Positions 8,770 to 18,663 of a DNA stretch of 64,000 nt are shown piece by piece. The translations under genes and the position numbers were made by a program. Position 1 is the stretch's first letter, and the number at the start of each line of letters is the position of its first letter. This stretch comes from Oscillospiraceae bacterium (lineage in GTDB: Bacteria > Bacillota > Clostridia > Oscillospirales > CAG-272): NCBI GenBank assembly GCA_015063535.1, contig SVTY01000004.1, positions 58,343 through 122,342 on the forward strand, written 5' to 3'. Under the pieces are notes generated by a model, which did no database searches, was not told the origin of the DNA, and saw only the letters and a program-made list of their open reading frames with translations.

Positions 8770-9630
8770 ATGTCATATGCGAATTTTATTCCGACCGTTT
8801 GGTCGGAGGCGATCCAGAGAGAGCTGGAGCGCAAGAGAGTTTATGTAGAGGATTGCAACCGCTCCTTTGAGGGAGCGATCAAGCAGAAGGGAGATACCGT
8901 CCGCATTCTCGGTGTGGGCAAGCCTACGATCAAGTCCATTCTGAAGAAGAATGCATCGGGAGACATCGACGGACCTGAAGAGGTGGAGGATACCTCTGTG
9001 AGCCTGACGGTCGATCAGATCCGCTATTTCAACTATATGGTGGGAGACATCGACAAGGCGCAGTCGGCAGGCGGCGTGATGGAGGCACTGAACAAGGAAT
9101 CCGCCGAAGGGCTTGCCAATGAGGAGGATACCTATGTATCGGGTCTCATTCTCGGCTCGGAGGTCAAGAAGCTGCACACGGCACCGAAAAAGATCGTGGT
9201 CGGTACGGCGGGTGAGGGTGAGATCAACGTCCTGCACGTCATCGACAATGCGCTGGAGGCACTGTATGAGCAGGATGTCAACCCCAACAGCACCATCGTG
9301 CTGACGGTCTCCCCCCGATTTTACACCCGCTTCAAGCAGGCGTATACCGACAAGGACACCGACAACAGTGAGATCATGAAGAACGGCCGTGTGGCACGGT
9401 ACGGCAACGCCATCATCAAGATGTCCAACAACGTTGCCCGTTCGGACAGCGGAGCGGTCGATAATCTGATGATCCGCACCCAGCGTGCCATTGCCTTTGC
9501 CAATGCTATCGCTCATGTGGAGCCCTACCGTCCCGAACGGAAATTTGCCGATGCGGTCAAGGGCTATGAGCTGTTCGGTGCGAAGATCGTTCGCCCCAAG
9601 GAGCTGCTCAACATCAACGTGACCTATTGA
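8770..9630 (+). CDS. Major capsid protein (P22 coat-like)
   Basis: NFIPTVWSEAI, GDTVRI, RPERKFADAVKG...GAKIVRP motifs. Confidence 0.9.
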   Translation: MSYANFIPTVWSEAIQRELERKRVYVEDCNRSFEGAIKQKGDTVRILGVGKPTIKSILKKNASGDIDGPEEVEDTSVSLTVDQIRYFNYMVGDIDKAQSAGGVMEALNKESAEGLANEEDTYVSGLILGSEVKKLHTAPKKIVVGTAGEGEINVLHVIDNALEALYEQDVNPNSTIVLTVSPRFYTRFKQAYTDKDTDNSEIMKNGRVARYGNAIIKMSNNVARSDSGAVDNLMIRTQRAIAFANAIAHVEPYRPERKFADAVKGYELFGAKIVRPKELLNINVTY

Positions 9631-9657
9631 CGGCACGCAAAGAAAGGAGAATGAATC

Positions 9658-10020
9658 ATGGCAAGAACTGTATTGACTGTCCGTGAATTGGACGCAAGAA
9701 ATACCTTTTGCTCTTCCTTTACCGCCCTGACACAGGCGGTGGATGCGGCAAACGGTGCAGAGTTTGAAATGGAGGGACAGGACGATAAGCACCTGATCCT
9801 GATACAGAATGCCGCTACCTCCGCAAAGACGGTGACCGTCAAGGCGGGCAACGGCTTGCAGGGCGTGTGCGATCTGTCCTGCGAGGTGGCTGCAAGCGGA
9901 TACACCTGTGTAACGTTGGAGTCGGGGCGGTTTAAGAATGTCACCGGCGACGACAAGGGCAAGGTCATCCTCACGGGTACCGATGCCAATATCAAAGTAG
10001 CAGTATTCAAGCTGCCGTAA
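9658..10020 (+). CDS. Putative capsid decoration / minor structural protein
   Basis: Beta-rich 120-aa protein directly after the capsid gene; RBS aaggag. Confidence 0.6.
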   Translation: MARTVLTVRELDARNTFCSSFTALTQAVDAANGAEFEMEGQDDKHLILIQNAATSAKTVTVKAGNGLQGVCDLSCEVAASGYTCVTLESGRFKNVTGDDKGKVILTGTDANIKVAVFKLP

Positions 10021-10026
10021 AAACGA

Positions 10027-10067
10027 AGGGACTGTTGCTTCGAATCGGATGCGACAGTCCCTTTTTG
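10027..10067 (+). terminator. Rho-independent terminator after the capsid genes
   Basis: agggactgttgc/gcgacagtccct stem followed by a T-run. Confidence 0.75.
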
Positions 10068-10083
10068 CAAAAAAGGAGAACAT

Positions 10084-10725
10084 ATGAAACTTGGCGAGAT
10101 CAAGCTGGAAGCATTGAAGCTGATGTGGACGAACTACAATGAGGATATCGGGATCGAGCAGCTACCCGATCTGATGGGAAGCGAGCGGTACGGAGATTAT
10201 CTGGTCGCCATGAGCGGTTCGCTCAGCCGTTGCTTTGCCGATCTGGAGGCAAGGGGGATCCTGCCGGTGAAGAGCTTTGCTCTTGCGGCTCCCTTGCGGG
10301 AGGAAAAGGGAAGGACGGCGGCGTACGATCTGAAGGAGCTGATCGGAGACTATCTGTCCTTCGAGCGGCTGATCTATGAAACGGAGGGAGACTCCTATGA
10401 GGATACGGAGATAGGAGCACAAATAGAGGAGGATATCCTGCGTCTGCCTTGGTTTGACGGCGAAAAAGAGGGGTATCGGGTGATCTACCGTCCCCGCCTG
10501 CCTCACATATTTCCGTATACGAACGACGAGACCGAGCTGCCGATCCCCGACAGGATCGCCGCTTTTATCCCCTATTGGATCAAGGGAGAGCTGTATCGGG
10601 AGGAGGAGCCGAATGAAGCGGGGGAGGCGAGAAACTGGTATGAGGCACAGATGAGTGCCGTGGCATCCGTATCCTCCCGACGGCAGGGAAGCGTACGGTC
10701 GGTCTATTCCATGACGGAGGTATAA
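10084..10725 (+). CDS. Head-tail adaptor / tail tubular protein A-like
   Basis: Size and position between capsid and nozzle genes; C-terminal helical IPYWIKGELY...ARNWYE pattern. Confidence 0.6.
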   Translation: MKLGEIKLEALKLMWTNYNEDIGIEQLPDLMGSERYGDYLVAMSGSLSRCFADLEARGILPVKSFALAAPLREEKGRTAAYDLKELIGDYLSFERLIYETEGDSYEDTEIGAQIEEDILRLPWFDGEKEGYRVIYRPRLPHIFPYTNDETELPIPDRIAAFIPYWIKGELYREEEPNEAGEARNWYEAQMSAVASVSSRRQGSVRSVYSMTEV

Positions 10726-10726
10726 T

Positions 10727-13387
10727 ATGAGGGCAAATACGAATCTGACCCTTCGGGATCGCAGTACGCTGACCCTTGGCGGCTTTACGGGACTTGACGT
10801 CACCTCTGCGCCCACCGAGGTCTCTCCCGAACGGGCGACCGATGCGGTCAATATGATCTATGAGAACGGAAGCATTCGAAAGCGAAAGGGATGGAGGCAG
10901 AAGCAGGATGTTTCTACCTTCCATGATTGGGTCTATAGAGATACGATCCGATCATTTTATTCTTACCGAAACGGAAACTATCAGGAGATCTTGATTCAGA
11001 TAGGGGGATATTTGCTGTATCACGAGGGAGCTGTCGGTACTGGCGAACACTCAGCATATTATATCGGCACGACACCGGCGCAGTTTTTTCAAAAGGATGG
11101 CAAGTGCTATATCGTGACAGGTGTTGAATATTTGGTATACGGAAGCTGGGATGAGGGAAAGACCTATGAGCTGAAAAAGGTGTCTGATGTTGCTTATGTG
11201 CCGACGACGACTACGGGAATCGGATACAAGGAATTAGTGGCAAAGGAAACGGAAGACGGACAGAAAATAGCGGTATGGGAAGAGGTGGGAAAGCCCGAAC
11301 TATGGGAAGCAACGAATTTATTAACACGCCGTCGAAAAAATCTATTGAACGGTTCGCAGCTTGTCAGCGATCGGTGGACATTGGATGCAGCGATAGAAAA
11401 AAACAGTATCGTTGATATAAACATCGAAGAAATCGTGGGAACAAATATCAACTCTATTTTTTATCAGAATGATTTTAAGACGTACGAGCCTGCAGTGGGT
11501 GAAAGTGCGACATCTGATGAGAGGGTCTATCTGAACGAGCAGACCGAGGGAGAACTTGAGCAAGGAGCTTATAGAGGAAAGATCCTCAACTGGGGTAAAG
11601 ATGCTTCGGATACGAATATATTAATTGGTGCGCAGATCATGTTGAATTATGCGTTCCCATCGAACAAAGGCTATCCCAACATCACTGTCGAATTTAACGC
11701 CGCAAGCCTGTCGGATGAGGATCCGGCGGATAAGATAAGAGGCTGTACCTTCGGCGTGCTGTTCGGTGTGAACGGCGGAAGCGATCGCCTGTTCCTCAGC
11801 GGCAATCCCAAGTATCCCAATACCGTCTTTTATTCCGCCTCCGATGATTTTACCTATTTCTGCGATAACCAGTATTTTTCGGTGGGAGATGAGAGTGCGG
11901 CGATCACAGGCTTTGTTCGGGTTGCGGATGGAACACTGGCGGTGCTGAAGGAGGAAAGCGATCGGGATGCGGCGATCTTCTATGTGACGGGAACGCAGCA
12001 AAGCTTCTTTGATTCGAAGGGAAACTTGGAAAAAACCTATGCGATATTTACCGTATCCAACGGCGGTGCGGGAGAGGGCAATCTGCATCCGTATGCCACG
12101 GCAAATCTGGCGGGAGACGGCTTGCTGCTGTCCCGAAACGGTGTGTTTGCCATCGTTCCCAACCAAAGCGGTTCCACAAATGTACGGCATGTGAAGGAAC
12201 GGAGCTACTCGATCAATCGCAGACTGCTTGATGAAGATCTGTCGGGTGCTGTCGGGATGGTATACAACAACCGATATTATCTGAGTGTGGGCGGTCATTG
12301 CTACGTTGCCGATGCCGGACACAAATATTACCGAAGCGGAAACGACATGGATCAGAGCTTCAATTATGAGTGGTGGTATTGGGAGAATGTTCCCGCAACG
12401 TCATGGTCGGTCATCGACGGCGTGCTTTGGTTCGGTACCGCAGACGGACGGCTGTGCGCCTTTGATACCGAGGAATTTTTTGATACGACCGAGCATTCCA
12501 TGCAATTCGGAGAAATTACGTGGGATGGAGGGGATCGCACGAAGCTGATCTACGGCTGGTCCGTACAGGATCACATCTGCGAGGGAGATTGGATTCGCCT
12601 TTTGCCGGAATGCGGTATGCTTGCCGTGATAGCGGAAGCGATCGCTCCCGTGGAGGATACTGTATCGTGGTATGTAACCGATGAAGAGACCTGTGATCGG
12701 TTACGGGAAGGAATGCAGCTGATCGCAGGAAATTATGATGCCGGACAACACCTGACAGACAAAACGCCGGTTATGGTGACCGATGTGGATCGGGGTGCCT
12801 GTAGGTTTCGACTGGACCGAGTGCCGGATGCAGGCGCATATGATACGGGTACCAACGAGGGAAGCTTTTGCTTGTTTTTTGAGCTGCATAACCGTCCCTT
12901 GCTCATTGTCGATGTGGACGAAAAGACCCAATCCTTTTCTCTGAAGGAAACGCAGAGCGGAGAGATATTGCGACTATCCATTGAAGGAAACGGGTTGATG
13001 GATGGATGCTTCTATCATCACAATCCCATCGAAGCCCGATGGATCACCCCGTATTTTGATATGGGAAACGTTCTGTACGGAAAGACCCTGCTTCGTCTTT
13101 CGGTGACAGCGAAGGAGGGAAGCGGTCGGTTTCTGTTCGGTTATGAGACCAAGGGAACGGCGGCAAGCTACGCCATGCAGGGGATCGAATCCTTTACATG
13201 GGAGAACTTTTCCTTTGAAAGGCTCAGCTTTGCCAATACCTTTGCTTCCTCCTATACACTGAGGGCAAAGAGCCGCAATTTCAATCTGATCCGATTCTGT
13301 TTCCGATCGGACACGGCGGAGGACATGCTGCCCGGCACGCTTACCGCCTTATATAAAATCAATAAAATGAACAGAGGAGTGAGATAA
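10727..13387 (+). CDS. Tail nozzle / stabilisation protein (P22 gp10 or T7 gp12-like)
   Basis: GFTGLDVTSAPTEVSPERATDAVNM N-terminus, DRLFLSGN, beta-propeller-like composition, 886 aa. Confidence 0.7.
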   Translation: MRANTNLTLRDRSTLTLGGFTGLDVTSAPTEVSPERATDAVNMIYENGSIRKRKGWRQKQDVSTFHDWVYRDTIRSFYSYRNGNYQEILIQIGGYLLYHEGAVGTGEHSAYYIGTTPAQFFQKDGKCYIVTGVEYLVYGSWDEGKTYELKKVSDVAYVPTTTTGIGYKELVAKETEDGQKIAVWEEVGKPELWEATNLLTRRRKNLLNGSQLVSDRWTLDAAIEKNSIVDINIEEIVGTNINSIFYQNDFKTYEPAVGESATSDERVYLNEQTEGELEQGAYRGKILNWGKDASDTNILIGAQIMLNYAFPSNKGYPNITVEFNAASLSDEDPADKIRGCTFGVLFGVNGGSDRLFLSGNPKYPNTVFYSASDDFTYFCDNQYFSVGDESAAITGFVRVADGTLAVLKEESDRDAAIFYVTGTQQSFFDSKGNLEKTYAIFTVSNGGAGEGNLHPYATANLAGDGLLLSRNGVFAIVPNQSGSTNVRHVKERSYSINRRLLDEDLSGAVGMVYNNRYYLSVGGHCYVADAGHKYYRSGNDMDQSFNYEWWYWENVPATSWSVIDGVLWFGTADGRLCAFDTEEFFDTTEHSMQFGEITWDGGDRTKLIYGWSVQDHICEGDWIRLLPECGMLAVIAEAIAPVEDTVSWYVTDEETCDRLREGMQLIAGNYDAGQHLTDKTPVMVTDVDRGACRFRLDRVPDAGAYDTGTNEGSFCLFFELHNRPLLIVDVDEKTQSFSLKETQSGEILRLSIEGNGLMDGCFYHHNPIEARWITPYFDMGNVLYGKTLLRLSVTAKEGSGRFLFGYETKGTAASYAMQGIESFTWENFSFERLSFANTFASSYTLRAKSRNFNLIRFCFRSDTAEDMLPGTLTALYKINKMNRGVR

Positions 13388-15621
13388 TGAGTATAGAAAA
13401 ACGGGTGGCGCCGATCAGCGAAGAGACACGGTATGCCATCAAACGGAAATCGGCATACGCCTTACCTTCCAATCCGAGTGAGCGTGGCATGAGTGCCGAA
13501 GAGATCAAAAAAGCCTTTTATGCACCGGTGACCGAGACGGCAGCCTCGGTGCTCTCGGAACTGGATCGTGTGGTAGCCGAGACCAATGAGGTTTTTGAGG
13601 AGGCACAGGGCGACCGTGCGGATAAGCTGGCGGAAGCCAAACAATATACCGATGAAAGAGAAGCGGCGGTACGGAGCTATGCGGATGCGGAAAACGCAAA
13701 GCAGGATGATGTGACCGCACAATTGGCGCAGGAGCTGGGGCAAACGCAGGGGGAGGTAGGCGAGCACGGCGAACGTCTGAACACGGCGGAACAGATTCTG
13801 TCCAATACCGTTCTTCCCGGAATGGATTCCTTGGAGGAACGGAAGGCGGAGAAGATCAGCCCTACGACAGCGGGAGAGCTGGTTCATACGGGAAGTGCCC
13901 GCATTACGGGGCCCACCGTGCTGTCGGATACGACGGTAGAGGGAACACTGTCCAATGTCCGTCTGGATACCGCCTATGGAGAGATCGAGCAAAGCAAGCT
14001 GGATATCCTTCAGCTACGTGCCGAGCTGTCGGGAAAGGGAAGGATCTTCTCCCTGCCGGACTTTTCTTCGCTGATCAATTTTCTTCAGTACGGCGGAAAG
14101 GATACGGCACAGATCTTTCTGATGGAGAACGGAACGGCGGTGTATTATACTGCCTCGGATCTCAAAACGGGAGATGTGATCTATATCAAGGAGGTCAACG
14201 TGCCAGACGTGTGGTGGATCGCCACCGATTCGGAGGAGGGGGCGTATTCCTACACCTATAACGGGACAGACCATGTATTGATAGGGAGGAGCGAATACGG
14301 CGGTGCGATCGTTGGTCAGGTGCAGCCCTTGGAGACCGATTATATGGTGATCGAGCAGCATGCCACCTCGGCTTCGCTCTCGGCGCAGCAGGCGGCAAGC
14401 CGTGCATCGGAAGCCGCCACTTCCGCAGGACAGGCGGCAGGGTATGCGGCAGAAGCGAAGGAAGAAAAAGAAGGAGCCAAGACGTGGGCGGAGGTAGCTG
14501 AGCAGGCAGCGGCGGAAGCCAAAGGCTTTGCCGAGACAGCAGCGACCCATGTCCTTGCGGCAGAAGAGCAGTCTGCTTTGTCTGCCGAAGCCGCCGAGCG
14601 TGCGACGGCAGAGGCAGATCGGGCGCAGAGCATCGTCGAGGTATCCAATGAGCACTTACGCCAAGAATTGGAGCCGAGAGTGGATCGCAATACCAAACGG
14701 ATCACCAATTTGGAGCAGGGCTTGACGCCCGATCCCTTCCTGACCGATTTTTCTGTTGCTTATGTGAAGGATGTCCCCGCCAATGCTTTGCCGTATGCGG
14801 AGGTGACGAAAGTGGGGGGGATGACTCATAAAAGTAAAAATTTATGTATTCCAAATAAATTGGTTCAAAAACAAAATGGCTATATATTTATGACCAATGA
14901 GGACGGGTCGATAACCGTTACAGGTTCAGCTACCGAGGCAAAACAAGTCGTAGTAGATATGGCACTTGCTGTTAATGCTGGCACTCGTACAAGTATTGAA
15001 TTAGAGGCAGGAGTGAAATATTCGATACAATGTACAAGACCATCTAATTCACCACAAGGTATAGCTGAAAAAATTGTGTATACGGACGAGGAAGGTGGAA
15101 TTTGTTGGGGATGGAGCGGACAGGATATTAGCCGTCCACGAAAAATAGATAAACTTTATATGCAGTTTACACCTGTGGTAGGACAAACGGATGTCTGCGG
15201 AACCTATAAAATCATGATTAACGAAGGCGATACCAATCTGCCTTATGAGCCGTATTTTGAGGGACTACGAAATGCAACAGTGACAGAAATAAGTAGCAAA
15301 AATGTGAATCAAGAAGAAATCAAAAAAGTGGTGATCTCCACAGAAATTCAGTTGCTTGCCGGCTACGGTGAAAGCAACCCTGACAATGCGGAGGAATATA
15401 ACTACATTGACTTTGAAAAGCAGAAATTCGTTGCTTACGGGTATATCGTGGACGGAGCATGGGTTGCTTTTGATACGGTGAAGGAGACAGATATTTCCGA
15501 CATTCTGTCGGCTGACAATCTCATTGAAGTCGAAGCCGGCGGAACCGTGACGATGATCAATGAATACGGCTTGCCTGTGCCGAGTGAAATTACATATATG
15601 CTGAAGGAGGAGAGCGAATGA
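13387..15621 (+). CDS. Tail fibre / receptor-binding protein
   Basis: Coiled-coil and Ala/Glu-rich repeats (SASLSAQQAASRASEAATSA) followed by an AT-rich beta-rich C-terminal module. Confidence 0.65.
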   Translation: MSIEKRVAPISEETRYAIKRKSAYALPSNPSERGMSAEEIKKAFYAPVTETAASVLSELDRVVAETNEVFEEAQGDRADKLAEAKQYTDEREAAVRSYADAENAKQDDVTAQLAQELGQTQGEVGEHGERLNTAEQILSNTVLPGMDSLEERKAEKISPTTAGELVHTGSARITGPTVLSDTTVEGTLSNVRLDTAYGEIEQSKLDILQLRAELSGKGRIFSLPDFSSLINFLQYGGKDTAQIFLMENGTAVYYTASDLKTGDVIYIKEVNVPDVWWIATDSEEGAYSYTYNGTDHVLIGRSEYGGAIVGQVQPLETDYMVIEQHATSASLSAQQAASRASEAATSAGQAAGYAAEAKEEKEGAKTWAEVAEQAAAEAKGFAETAATHVLAAEEQSALSAEAAERATAEADRAQSIVEVSNEHLRQELEPRVDRNTKRITNLEQGLTPDPFLTDFSVAYVKDVPANALPYAEVTKVGGMTHKSKNLCIPNKLVQKQNGYIFMTNEDGSITVTGSATEAKQVVVDMALAVNAGTRTSIELEAGVKYSIQCTRPSNSPQGIAEKIVYTDEEGGICWGWSGQDISRPRKIDKLYMQFTPVVGQTDVCGTYKIMINEGDTNLPYEPYFEGLRNATVTEISSKNVNQEEIKKVVISTEIQLLAGYGESNPDNAEEYNYIDFEKQKFVAYGYIVDGAWVAFDTVKETDISDILSADNLIEVEAGGTVTMINEYGLPVPSEITYMLKEESE

Positions 15622-15845
15622 AGCACCTGAGATTGGCAAAAAAGATCAAGGAGCAAAGCCCCGATGCTTGGGACAAGCTCTATGAGGGGCAGATCATTGA
15701 ACGTATCCGGGCAAGATATACCGTCAATCAGGAGCTTGCCATTCTGCGTCAACGGGACACAAAGCCCGAGGAGTTTGCGGCATACAACGCCTATGTGGAG
15801 CAGTGTAAAGCCGAAGTAAAAAAAGAAATGGAGGTATACTCATGA
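15618..15845 (+). CDS. Small tail-fibre-associated protein
   Basis: IRARYTVNQELAILRQRD...FAAYNAYVEQCK pattern seen in small proteins following fibres; ATGA overlaps at both ends. Confidence 0.6.
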   Translation: MKHLRLAKKIKEQSPDAWDKLYEGQIIERIRARYTVNQELAILRQRDTKPEEFAAYNAYVEQCKAEVKKEMEVYS

Positions 15846-16450
15846 AACGAATCGTATGGCTATTCACCCTATGTATGGCACTTCTTTTGTGCTGTATCTC
15901 GGTCGGAGCGGAGGAGATGCCGCCTGTGACCGAGATCACAGACGTTGAAACAGAGCCGAGCGAAGATTTGCCGACCGAACAAACCGAAGCCGAGCAGGCA
16001 CTGTCCGCCGATCCCGTGGATTGGCAAACCTACATAGAGGAGGAGCTGCTGCCTCTGATCACCATGGTGCTGACGGTCATTGCGGGCATTTATGTGGCGA
16101 TCTCTCCGATCCTTGCCAAGATCAAAAAGGCATCGGAGAAATTCAAGAGTGCCACTGAGGACGTCAATACAGCAACGGGAACGGTGAAGAGCAACGAAAA
16201 AAAGATCGGCGAGCTGGAGGAGGTGCTTTCCCGAAAGATTGAGCAGATGGAGCAGGAGAGTGCCGCCAACCGAAAGACCATGCTGGAGATCGAGCAGATG
16301 CTTCGGCTGGGCCTTGGCAACATGAATGAGCTTGTCATGAAAGGGTGCGCCCGTTCCATCGTACAGATCGGACAGGATATTGAAGAAACACTGGGTACCG
16401 TTGATACGGTTACCCCGCAGGAGGAGACCGATCATGAAGCAAAAGGTTAA
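15842..16450 (+). CDS. Membrane protein: signal peptide, acidic linker, TM helix, coiled coil
   Basis: MKRIVWLFTLCMALLLCCISVGA-EE signal peptide; TM LLPLITMVLTVIAGIYVAISPIL. Confidence 0.75.
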   Translation: MKRIVWLFTLCMALLLCCISVGAEEMPPVTEITDVETEPSEDLPTEQTEAEQALSADPVDWQTYIEEELLPLITMVLTVIAGIYVAISPILAKIKKASEKFKSATEDVNTATGTVKSNEKKIGELEEVLSRKIEQMEQESAANRKTMLEIEQMLRLGLGNMNELVMKGCARSIVQIGQDIEETLGTVDTVTPQEETDHEAKG

Positions 16451-16814
16451 CTATGCACTGATGTCGGTGTTGGGCTTCCTTGTATTGATCGCCCCTATGC
16501 TGACGGTGGTGATCCTGAACTGGGAGGAATATACCGCTCACAGCTACGGCGGAACGATCAAGCTGACGGCAGGCGGCGTGATGGCGGCGGTCTTTCTCTT
16601 TCTTATGGTTCTCGGCAAGCTGAAGATGCCTCGCGGGATCATCATAGCGGGAGTAATCTTCGGCTTTGCTTGGCTGTTGGAATCCATCCTTCAGGATCTG
16701 AAGCTTTTGTCCGGCATGTTTTTGTTGGGGGAAACTCTGTACTATATCTTTTTCCAAACGATCCTGAAGCGCATGCGGGATCAGCTCAAGGAAGGAGCGC
16801 CGAAGAATGAATGA
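16434..16814 (+). CDS. Multi-pass (about 4 TM) membrane protein, holin-like candidate
   Basis: RBS ggaggag; four hydrophobic segments in 126 aa. Confidence 0.7.
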   Translation: MKQKVNYALMSVLGFLVLIAPMLTVVILNWEEYTAHSYGGTIKLTAGGVMAAVFLFLMVLGKLKMPRGIIIAGVIFGFAWLLESILQDLKLLSGMFLLGETLYYIFFQTILKRMRDQLKEGAPKNE

Positions 16815-17688
16815 AAAGCTCAAGGATTTTTTAAAGAACAGCACCGGGTACGGCATCATTCTGCTGATCTCTCTCGGATATATCGCCACGGCATTCATTA
16901 CCGTGGAAAAATCGGGTAAGAGCATCGGGCGGATCATTGCCGACGGGATCGTGATCTTCCTTATCGGGATCATGATCAACCGTGCCTATGAGCTACAGGG
17001 TATGTCCGAGGGAGACAGAGACAGCCGAGTGCAGACAGCGCTCGATCGGCATGTGGAAGCGGTGGACGAGGTGGCACCCTATATTGACCGTCTTGACACA
17101 TGGTGCGACAAAAAGAACCGTGAGGCGATGCGGACTCAGCGGGTACGGATCCTTGCCGAGCGGGGGATGCGGTATACCGATTATTTCGACGAGGACGGCA
17201 TGAGCAAGGAGTTTTCGATCAATGAAGCACACCTGAAGAATCGCCACATGCGAAAGCTTGAGGTCAAACGTATTCGGTGTTACTATAAAGCGCTCTCTCT
17301 GCGTCTCACACCGCTGACCTCTGTGGCACTCATCAGCGAAGGCGATCGCTTTTGGGACCCCTATTATCTCGGCCGCTCCAAGCCCGAATACGCCAAGGAA
17401 TCGGGCAGGAGCGACGTGATCACGAAGATCATTTTATCCATCCTGTTCGGATATTTCGGCATCGCTCTGATCGCCGATTGGAGCATTGCCACCTTGATCT
17501 GGAAGACCTTGCAGGTGGCGGTGTTCGTTGTGATGGGAACCTTGAAGAAAACAAGATCCTATCAATTTGTCACCGAGGAATATCGGGGCAGGATCATGAA
17601 AAAAACCAACATTCTGCGGATGTTCATGAACGATATGGGCATGACATCTGCTACGGAAACAAAAAACAGAAAAGGAGAATCGGAATGA
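16807..17688 (+). CDS. Membrane protein (2 TM, soluble loop, 2 TM)
   Basis: Hydrophobic pairs at the N- and C-terminus flanking a basic soluble region. Confidence 0.75.
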   Translation: MNEKLKDFLKNSTGYGIILLISLGYIATAFITVEKSGKSIGRIIADGIVIFLIGIMINRAYELQGMSEGDRDSRVQTALDRHVEAVDEVAPYIDRLDTWCDKKNREAMRTQRVRILAERGMRYTDYFDEDGMSKEFSINEAHLKNRHMRKLEVKRIRCYYKALSLRLTPLTSVALISEGDRFWDPYYLGRSKPEYAKESGRSDVITKIILSILFGYFGIALIADWSIATLIWKTLQVAVFVVMGTLKKTRSYQFVTEEYRGRIMKKTNILRMFMNDMGMTSATETKNRKGESE

Positions 17689-18635
17689 CGAACAAAGATC
17701 TGGATCAATATATCAGCACCAATAACGGATACAGCCAACAGAAGAAGCTGATGGATCAACAGCGTGCGGCAGCTAACAGAAATTTGGAGGTACAGAAAAA
17801 GCAGGAGCAGCAGGCGGCGGCGATCCAACATCAGAAGCTGATGAAGTATCTGCCCGAATACCAGAAGTCCATGGGGCTGAAGGGAAACGGCATGTCCGAG
17901 ACAGCGCTCTTGGATGCCAACGCCCGTTACCGTTCCGAGCAGGGACGGATCCATTCGGAGTATTCCTCACGGCAGGATGCCGTTAATGAGCAATATCGGC
18001 AGAATCTGTTGGATCTTTACGCACGGGCTGGGGCAGAACAGGAGCAGGACAGAGAGGAGCTGTACAATAAGGCAAAGGATGCTATTACGAATTGGCAAGG
18101 AAGCTCGGAGGAGCTGACAAAGTACGTCGATAGCTTGGCAGGTCAGTTGGATGATAACGATTATGCCATTTTGAAAGATGTGTATACCGGCGTGAACAAG
18201 GCAATCATCCAAGCGAACAACGATAAAGAAAAAGAGGATGCTATATTGGCAATTCAAACGGATGATTTGGGAGGTAAAGAGATTAGTAATTCAATCCCGA
18301 CAGAATATTCCAATGGAAAAAATTTCGTAATTAAGTTTGACGGTAAACCATACAAGGTACAGATCGACACAGAGGTTTCCGACAAAAATGCGAAAATAGC
18401 TGCTACCAATTCCAATATTTCTGAAGGAGAAGTGTTTGTTTACGATGGAAAACTGTATTTAAAAGGACCTAACGACGCAATTTACAGCATAGAAAGCCGG
18501 TTTTGGGATAGCGGAACAACTAACGACTATTACAACTTGGCTTCTAAATTTAAGAAAAAAGAGAATACTCCCACTACCACGGATCGGGAAGGCGATTTTT
18601 CTGTCGGTACACAAAATTTTCCCACCAGTTTGTAA
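17685..18635 (+). CDS. Putative internal virion (DNA-ejection) protein
   Basis: RBS aaaggag; Q/A-rich helical N-terminus with GLKGNGMSETALL motif; precedes the giant internal protein. Confidence 0.65.
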   Translation: MTNKDLDQYISTNNGYSQQKKLMDQQRAAANRNLEVQKKQEQQAAAIQHQKLMKYLPEYQKSMGLKGNGMSETALLDANARYRSEQGRIHSEYSSRQDAVNEQYRQNLLDLYARAGAEQEQDREELYNKAKDAITNWQGSSEELTKYVDSLAGQLDDNDYAILKDVYTGVNKAIIQANNDKEKEDAILAIQTDDLGGKEISNSIPTEYSNGKNFVIKFDGKPYKVQIDTEVSDKNAKIAATNSNISEGEVFVYDGKLYLKGPNDAIYSIESRFWDSGTTNDYYNLASKFKKKENTPTTTDREGDFSVGTQNFPTSL

Positions 18636-18663
18636 GATAAGGTAAACAAAAAAGGAGAAAAGC

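Noticed and set aside
18550-18605. Third embedded antisense RNA at the end of the 17685-18635 gene
   Set aside because: Only a weak imperfect stem and no matching minus-strand promoter.
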